Shown here: positions 59,478 to 64,000 of the stretch, one piece after another
How the letters are laid out: the number at the start of each line of letters is the position of its first letter
Numbering within the stretch: position 1 is the stretch's first letter
Assembly: GCA_943787185.1 (NCBI GenBank)
Contig: CALSLL010000001.1
Span: 618,814 to 682,813, forward strand
Origin: an uncultured Arenicellaceae bacterium
Lineage (GTDB): Bacteria > Pseudomonadota > Gammaproteobacteria > Arenicellales > Arenicellaceae
Length of the DNA: 64,000 bases
Direction of reading: 5' to 3'
The notes under the pieces: model-generated
The model's database searches: none
Told to the model about the DNA's origin: nothing
What the model saw: the letters and a program-made list of their open reading frames with translations, nothing else
Translations under genes and position numbers: made by a program

Positions 59478-62078
59478 TCATTGGCTAATCAATTGCAGGT
59501 AGTCATCCGCAAGTTCCGCGACTTGATCTTCTAGTGAGGTAATTCTATTTTGACTCGCCACGATATCAGGAGTGTTGGTCAAAAAATAACTGGATTCTTC
59601 ATTCAACTTATTCAGGATCTCAGCTAAAGCAGCATCGTCGCGCATAGGATAAATAAAACCAGTCTTATCTGGGATGACATCCTCGGCCATTCCACCGGCA
59701 TCCGCTGCCACTACCCAGATACCGCGCAAGGCAGCTTCACGAGTAACCAAACCAAAACTTTCTGGCCATACTGATGGCGCTACAAGCACATCGATTGACG
59801 TATAAAAAGTATCCATTTCATCCGGCGTTTGGCGGCCCCAAGTAAATACATTTGATTCACCCCATTTGCCTGCGGCTTTAACATTGGAGCGTTCTTCGTC
59901 TATGTCGATAACATGACACTCAAGTTGCGAACACTGAGCTTCTTCAAGAACGCGCTTAAGTTGATAGTAACCCTTGTGGTCACAGATACCACCTACGTAG
60001 CCTAAACGCAGTTTACTGCTAGCAGATTTACTTCTATTCACCGGAACCACATGTGGCAAACCATTCTTGTTGACAGCTATATTCTTGAAACCATTTTGGC
60101 GGTACAGAGAAGCTTGGTACTCCGACACCGCATATATTTTTTCGGCTCCAACCAACAAACCAGACAAGTATTTAGATCGTTTAACGGCAGCTTCAGTATC
60201 CGAGGACGTTTGCTGCACGACTAGCGGATTCAACTGGTTGAAATCGACCAGGTTAGCATTATCATCGAGTAAAAACTGATGCTCCGAAATCCACCAAGCG
60301 TCATGTACTGTCACCACATAGGGAATAGAAAGTGCGGCTGCGCTCTCCAGTAAAGTACCCGTCAAACGTTGAACGCAATGTAAATGGATAATATCTGGTT
60401 TGAAATACGCTAAGTACTCATCAAAAAAGTCCTTTAAATACTCATCACGATAACGCCACTCAAAGTCTTGTTCAGGCGGAATACCGATAGTCTGTACCAA
60501 GGTACCATTCCAAACATACTCGGTCATTTGGTAAGGCGATGTAAGCGTCAACTCTGATCGAAGTACTACAACATCTATTTCCTTGCCGTATTGTCGCTGT
60601 AATTCTTCTACAGTCCTCACCACGACAACCGTCGCTCCACCAACCAATTCGGGGGGATAAAAAGTATTAACTACTAAAACGCGCTTTCGTTTTTTCTCTG
60701 AGTAACCCGTTCCTCGTTTGCACATATCCGCTTGGAAGTGATTGAGTGTTTGGGCCATATGGGTTTGCATAGCTGCACGCCCATAGTTCGCACGTGCTTT
60801 AACTCTTGCAGCCTCACCAATCTTTGACCTAAGGGCCCCAGACTCGATTAAATCACCAATGTGCTTCTCCCATTCAGCTTCGTTACTGGCAAAGAAACCA
60901 TCAACGCCTGGCTCAACAATATCCCTATAGGTACTGGTTGGAGTGACCACCGAAGGAACCCCGAAAACTCCAGCCTCTAGCCATTTAATTTCACTTTTAC
61001 AATCCGCAAATATCCCTTCCTCCAGCGGAGCTATACTAATATCAGCGTAGCGCAGTGCGGTTAGATATACATCAAAGTCCATCAAACCAAATCGATGGAT
61101 ACGGTCTGAATAGGCCTCCAAAGGCGCTGGCAAGGAAAGGTAGCCAATTATTACGATTTCTAAATTACTATGCTTCTCCATCAATCGGGCAAGCACACCG
61201 CCTACTAGGGCAAAGTCCTCATCATGAGTTCTGGTACCGCTCCCATAAAGTAGCCGAACCACCCCAGCAGGCCGCTCAGCCATTGGGCTATCGAGTACAT
61301 CGTACACAACCTGGTCGAGCGCGTTGGGTAATACCTCACATCTACCCTTACCAATCACCTTTTCAATTTCTATCTTCAGTGCAGGAGTAGACGTAGTAGC
61401 GTAATTGCAGAGTTTAAGCGCACTTTGATAAAGTTCAGCACCCTTCAACATTTGCTCATAATCATGTTCTGATAATTGACCGCTACCACCTTTAAATTTT
61501 TCCTCCAGCCGTGCTCTATCAAAAATCAAATCATCCGTATCAAAAATTGTCATCTTCTTGATTGCCTTGGCATAACGGATAGTTAGCAACACATCATCAA
61601 AACCCGGCACCCGGTAAAACAACACGATATCGAATAAATGCATCCTTTCACGTGCCAAGCTACCGTTTCTCCACGACACCCATTCGTTATCCCAACCTAG
61701 GGCATCGAGTTGATGCATTTTTTGCTCAACTCGATAGCGGAAACACTGCGGCACTGTCTCCTCTATCACCAATAAAACCCGAGGTTTCTCTCGACTAGGT
61801 CGCGGTGGAAAGTCCTCATCGGTCTTAAACACTAACTCAACTGGAGTACCGGTTTTTGCGGGCAATATCTTAGAGATATAACGCGATAACACTCTGCCTA
61901 GGCGTTGCTTAACCCGTACATAACGAAACAAAATAGAAAGGAAAACATTAAACACAACCATCGTTGATGGTGATCCCGCTATCCAGTGCAACACACCCTC
62001 AGTTCGCGTTCGATTTGGCTTGCTCAAAGCAGCCAGCCGCGCAAATACGAATGTGATCTTTTTAACGATTTTTTTCAT
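59478..62078 (-). CDS. Two-module GT-B glycosyltransferase (two GT1/GT4-like domains in one 866-aa protein)
   Basis: Module 1 spans about aa 100-440 (RVLLVIEE..., CKSEIKWLEAGVFGVPSVV). Module 2 spans about aa 470-866 (VLVVNTFYPPELVGGATVV..., PESFGLVTREAALRGIWVVAAD, an EX7E-type motif). Confidence 0.8.
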   Translation of the reverse strand: MKKIVKKITFVFARLAALSKPNRTRTEGVLHWIAGSPSTMVVFNVFLSILFRYVRVKQRLGRVLSRYISKILPAKTGTPVELVFKTDEDFPPRPSREKPRVLLVIEETVPQCFRYRVEQKMHQLDALGWDNEWVSWRNGSLARERMHLFDIVLFYRVPGFDDVLLTIRYAKAIKKMTIFDTDDLIFDRARLEEKFKGGSGQLSEHDYEQMLKGAELYQSALKLCNYATTSTPALKIEIEKVIGKGRCEVLPNALDQVVYDVLDSPMAERPAGVVRLLYGSGTRTHDEDFALVGGVLARLMEKHSNLEIVIIGYLSLPAPLEAYSDRIHRFGLMDFDVYLTALRYADISIAPLEEGIFADCKSEIKWLEAGVFGVPSVVTPTSTYRDIVEPGVDGFFASNEAEWEKHIGDLIESGALRSKIGEAARVKARANYGRAAMQTHMAQTLNHFQADMCKRGTGYSEKKRKRVLVVNTFYPPELVGGATVVVVRTVEELQRQYGKEIDVVVLRSELTLTSPYQMTEYVWNGTLVQTIGIPPEQDFEWRYRDEYLKDFFDEYLAYFKPDIIHLHCVQRLTGTLLESAAALSIPYVVTVHDAWWISEHQFLLDDNANLVDFNQLNPLVVQQTSSDTEAAVKRSKYLSGLLVGAEKIYAVSEYQASLYRQNGFKNIAVNKNGLPHVVPVNRSKSASSKLRLGYVGGICDHKGYYQLKRVLEEAQCSQLECHVIDIDEERSNVKAAGKWGESNVFTWGRQTPDEMDTFYTSIDVLVAPSVWPESFGLVTREAALRGIWVVAADAGGMAEDVIPDKTGFIYPMRDDAALAEILNKLNEESSYFLTNTPDIVASQNRITSLEDQVAELADDYLQLISQ

Positions 62079-62090
62079 TTATTCAAGCAA

Positions 62091-64000
62091 TCACAAGTAA
62101 CGATAGTCATCGTGCCCCTTATCAAAATTGGGGTTGTGGTAAGGATCCCCTTTAGCAATTAATTCTTCATAGCGGCTGGCGAAATTATGCATTTCACGAC
62201 CGAAGCGATTGTCTTTGTGCGGTATCGCTTCCTCACCACGAGACTTCGATTCGTAGTGATAAGCTTCACAATAGGGTGTGAAAATATTCAAGTAACCTGC
62301 TTGCCATGCTCTTAGACAAAAATCTACATCGTTATATGCCACCGCAAACGAGTCTTCATCAAAGCCACCGAGCTCATTATATAGTTTACGACTAACCATC
62401 ATTAATGCGCCGGTCACTGCAGTCACATTTTGAATAAGCTGTAAGCGATTAAAGTAACCTTCATGAAAAGCCGGTAAATTCTTATGTAGGTGCCCTGCGT
62501 AGCCTCCCAGCCCGGTACCAATTCCAGCGTGCTGAATGGTGTTATCCGGATAATAAAGCTTCGCACCTACTACACCGACTTCGGGTCTTTGCGAATGCTC
62601 TAATAGGGTCTCTATCCAATCGGGAGTAACAATCTCAATATCATTGTTGAACAAAACTACATGTTCGCCAGCGCTTTTAAGAACACCCAAATTGACCAAC
62701 GCTGAGAAGTTGAAGGCCTGGTTCGACTCAATAAATTGAATCCGATTATCCTGCTCTTCAAGCGCCTTCATTTCCTTATATAAAATAGGTGAAACACTAT
62801 TGTTTGAGACACCGATAATTTCATAGTTCTGATAAGTAGACAGTCTACGAATCGTGCCAATGCACTTATCAAGTAAGAACGGTTTATCCTTGTAAGGAAT
62901 AATGATGCTAACCAGAGGTTGCTCGATGAGCTCTCGTTTTACACGAAAATAGTGAGATTTATTTCCGTCTAATACCGTGGCTTGCTCACCCCTGCGGGTA
63001 AGCGCATCTTCAATGGCTTTGCGAGCATTTTCATGTGCCGCCGGTTTTGCATCCGGATTCAACGCGGTCGAACCCTCTATCATCCTCCAGTGATATAGCG
63101 GTTTAGAGACGTGTTCGACCTTATTACTTTTCTCTGTTGCCCGAAGAAACAAGTCATAATCCTGAGCCCCATCATAGCCTTCTCGAAAGCCCCCAACACC
63201 GTCAAATAGCTCACGCGTTAACAGCACCATGTGCGTAATATAATTTTGCGAAAGCAATAAGTCCGGCGAAAAGTCCGGCTTAAAGTGTGGGTTCTGCAAC
63301 TCCCCGTCAGCTATCAAGAAGTCCTCATCTGAGTAGACAAAATCAGCCCCGGTATCTTGCGCTTTAAGGACCATTTCCAGCAAAGCGTTAGGGGCCAGAG
63401 CATCATCATGATCAAGCAAAGTAAGATATTCTCCGTTCGCCATCGATGCTGCGCGATTCGTAGCCCTGGATATATTTTCATTCTGCGTACTAAAATGAAT
63501 ATCGATACGCTTATCGGAAATAGCTTTCAAATAGTCGATTGTTGCTGCATTGGTAGAGCAGTCATCTACTACGCATAATTGCCAATTTTCATAAGTCTGA
63601 CGATGTACAGACTGAAAGGTATGCTCGAGTAATTCAGGTGCGAGGTTGTAAACCGGCATAAGAATGCTAACCAACGGTGACGACTTCAATTCTTTAGCCT
63701 TGCGCCAATAATTATAAGGCCTCGCTTTCAACCAATTCTCATACTCATTGGCGACGCGTTCCGTTGTTTCAAGCGTTAGCTCAACAACCGGATCAATCTC
63801 ATCAACATTCCGATGATTAAACCGATGCGTCACCAGCTGAATCAAACCCAAAATACCGTGTCTACGTACAGCCGCAAAAGGTCGTAATAGTTGTGGCCCA
63901 ACAAGTCGCAACCTAGGTAAAAACTTACGATGCAAAATATCCCTATAGGCTTCCGCGTATCGCCAGACCTTAGAGCTCTTAATAGTAACTAGCTCATCTT
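62091..64000 (-). CDS. Two-module family 2 glycosyltransferase; 5' end lies beyond the right edge of the window
   Basis: Two GT-A modules (LVSILMPVYN...CVVDDCST... and LVSIIIPYKDK...). The frame remains open upstream of the ORF-track TTG (63935) to position 63998, reading DELVTIKSSKVWRYAEAYRDI. Confidence 0.75.
   Translation of the reverse strand, partial: DELVTIKSSKVWRYAEAYRDILHRKFLPRLRLVGPQLLRPFAAVRRHGILGLIQLVTHRFNHRNVDEIDPVVELTLETTERVANEYENWLKARPYNYWRKAKELKSSPLVSILMPVYNLAPELLEHTFQSVHRQTYENWQLCVVDDCSTNAATIDYLKAISDKRIDIHFSTQNENISRATNRAASMANGEYLTLLDHDDALAPNALLEMVLKAQDTGADFVYSDEDFLIADGELQNPHFKPDFSPDLLLSQNYITHMVLLTRELFDGVGGFREGYDGAQDYDLFLRATEKSNKVEHVSKPLYHWRMIEGSTALNPDAKPAAHENARKAIEDALTRRGEQATVLDGNKSHYFRVKRELIEQPLVSIIIPYKDKPFLLDKCIGTIRRLSTYQNYEIIGVSNNSVSPILYKEMKALEEQDNRIQFIESNQAFNFSALVNLGVLKSAGEHVVLFNNDIEIVTPDWIETLLEHSQRPEVGVVGAKLYYPDNTIQHAGIGTGLGGYAGHLHKNLPAFHEGYFNRLQLIQNVTAVTGALMMVSRKLYNELGGFDEDSFAVAYNDVDFCLRAWQAGYLNIFTPYCEAYHYESKSRGEEAIPHKDNRFGREMHNFASRYEELIAKGDPYHNPNFDKGHDDYRYL

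Noticed and set aside
1-64000. Scan for CRISPR arrays, tRNA/rRNA genes, IS elements, integrases, phage or defence-system genes
   Set aside because: I saw no spaced direct-repeat arrays and no tRNA-like T-arm consensus outside coding sequence. I also saw no transposase, integrase or recombinase-like ORFs, and no multi-gene block of unknown function. The only repeat is the 22-bp duplication at 4430..4473.

Overview
This is a 64-kb chromosomal window from a moderately AT-rich gammaproteobacterium, and it is almost entirely conserved housekeeping sequence.

**Gene content**
- 1-18.6 kb follows the gene order I remember around the Pseudomonas type IV pilus chemosensory locus. It reads chpA<-pilJ<-pilI<-pilH<-pilG, then gshB, a TonB-like gene, yqgE/algH, ruvX, pyrR, pyrB, a degenerate dihydroorotase (pyrC'), pilU<-pilT, yggS, proC, yggT, metX and metW.
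- 18.6-55.7 kb holds an ArsC-family protein, DAHP synthase, convergent ppk/ppx, a LysM-rich MltD-like transglycosylase, a tripartite RND efflux operon, gltA, acpH, a TonB-dependent receptor, cfa, dinF and tpm. It continues with a GIY-YIG gene in an AT-rich gap, selO, a Sel1/SPOR protein, a dimeric-type dUTPase, ispD-ispF, mfd, a YgjP-like metallopeptidase, def and a CsiV-like protein.
- 55.7 kb to the right edge is a single-strand glycosyltransferase (surface glycan) locus. This is the only clearly accessory block.

**What I did not find:** rRNA, tRNA, CRISPR arrays, transposases, integrases, phage genes or defence-island hallmarks. I found no convincing novel multi-gene system.

**Most noteworthy observations**
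- Four lesions sit in otherwise conserved genes. They are an in-frame TAG at codon 8 of pilU, single-base frameshifts in yggT and cfa, and a ppx gene with no usable start codon. Three of the four lie at homopolymer runs.
- A roughly 1.1-kb AT-rich islet between tpm and selO carries an orphan 28-codon hydrophobic ORF or sRNA-like unit with its own strong terminator, next to the GIY-YIG gene.
- The glycan locus is built from multi-domain glycosyltransferases, and its last ORF continues past the window edge.

All functional calls come from reading the translated sequences. No database search was run.
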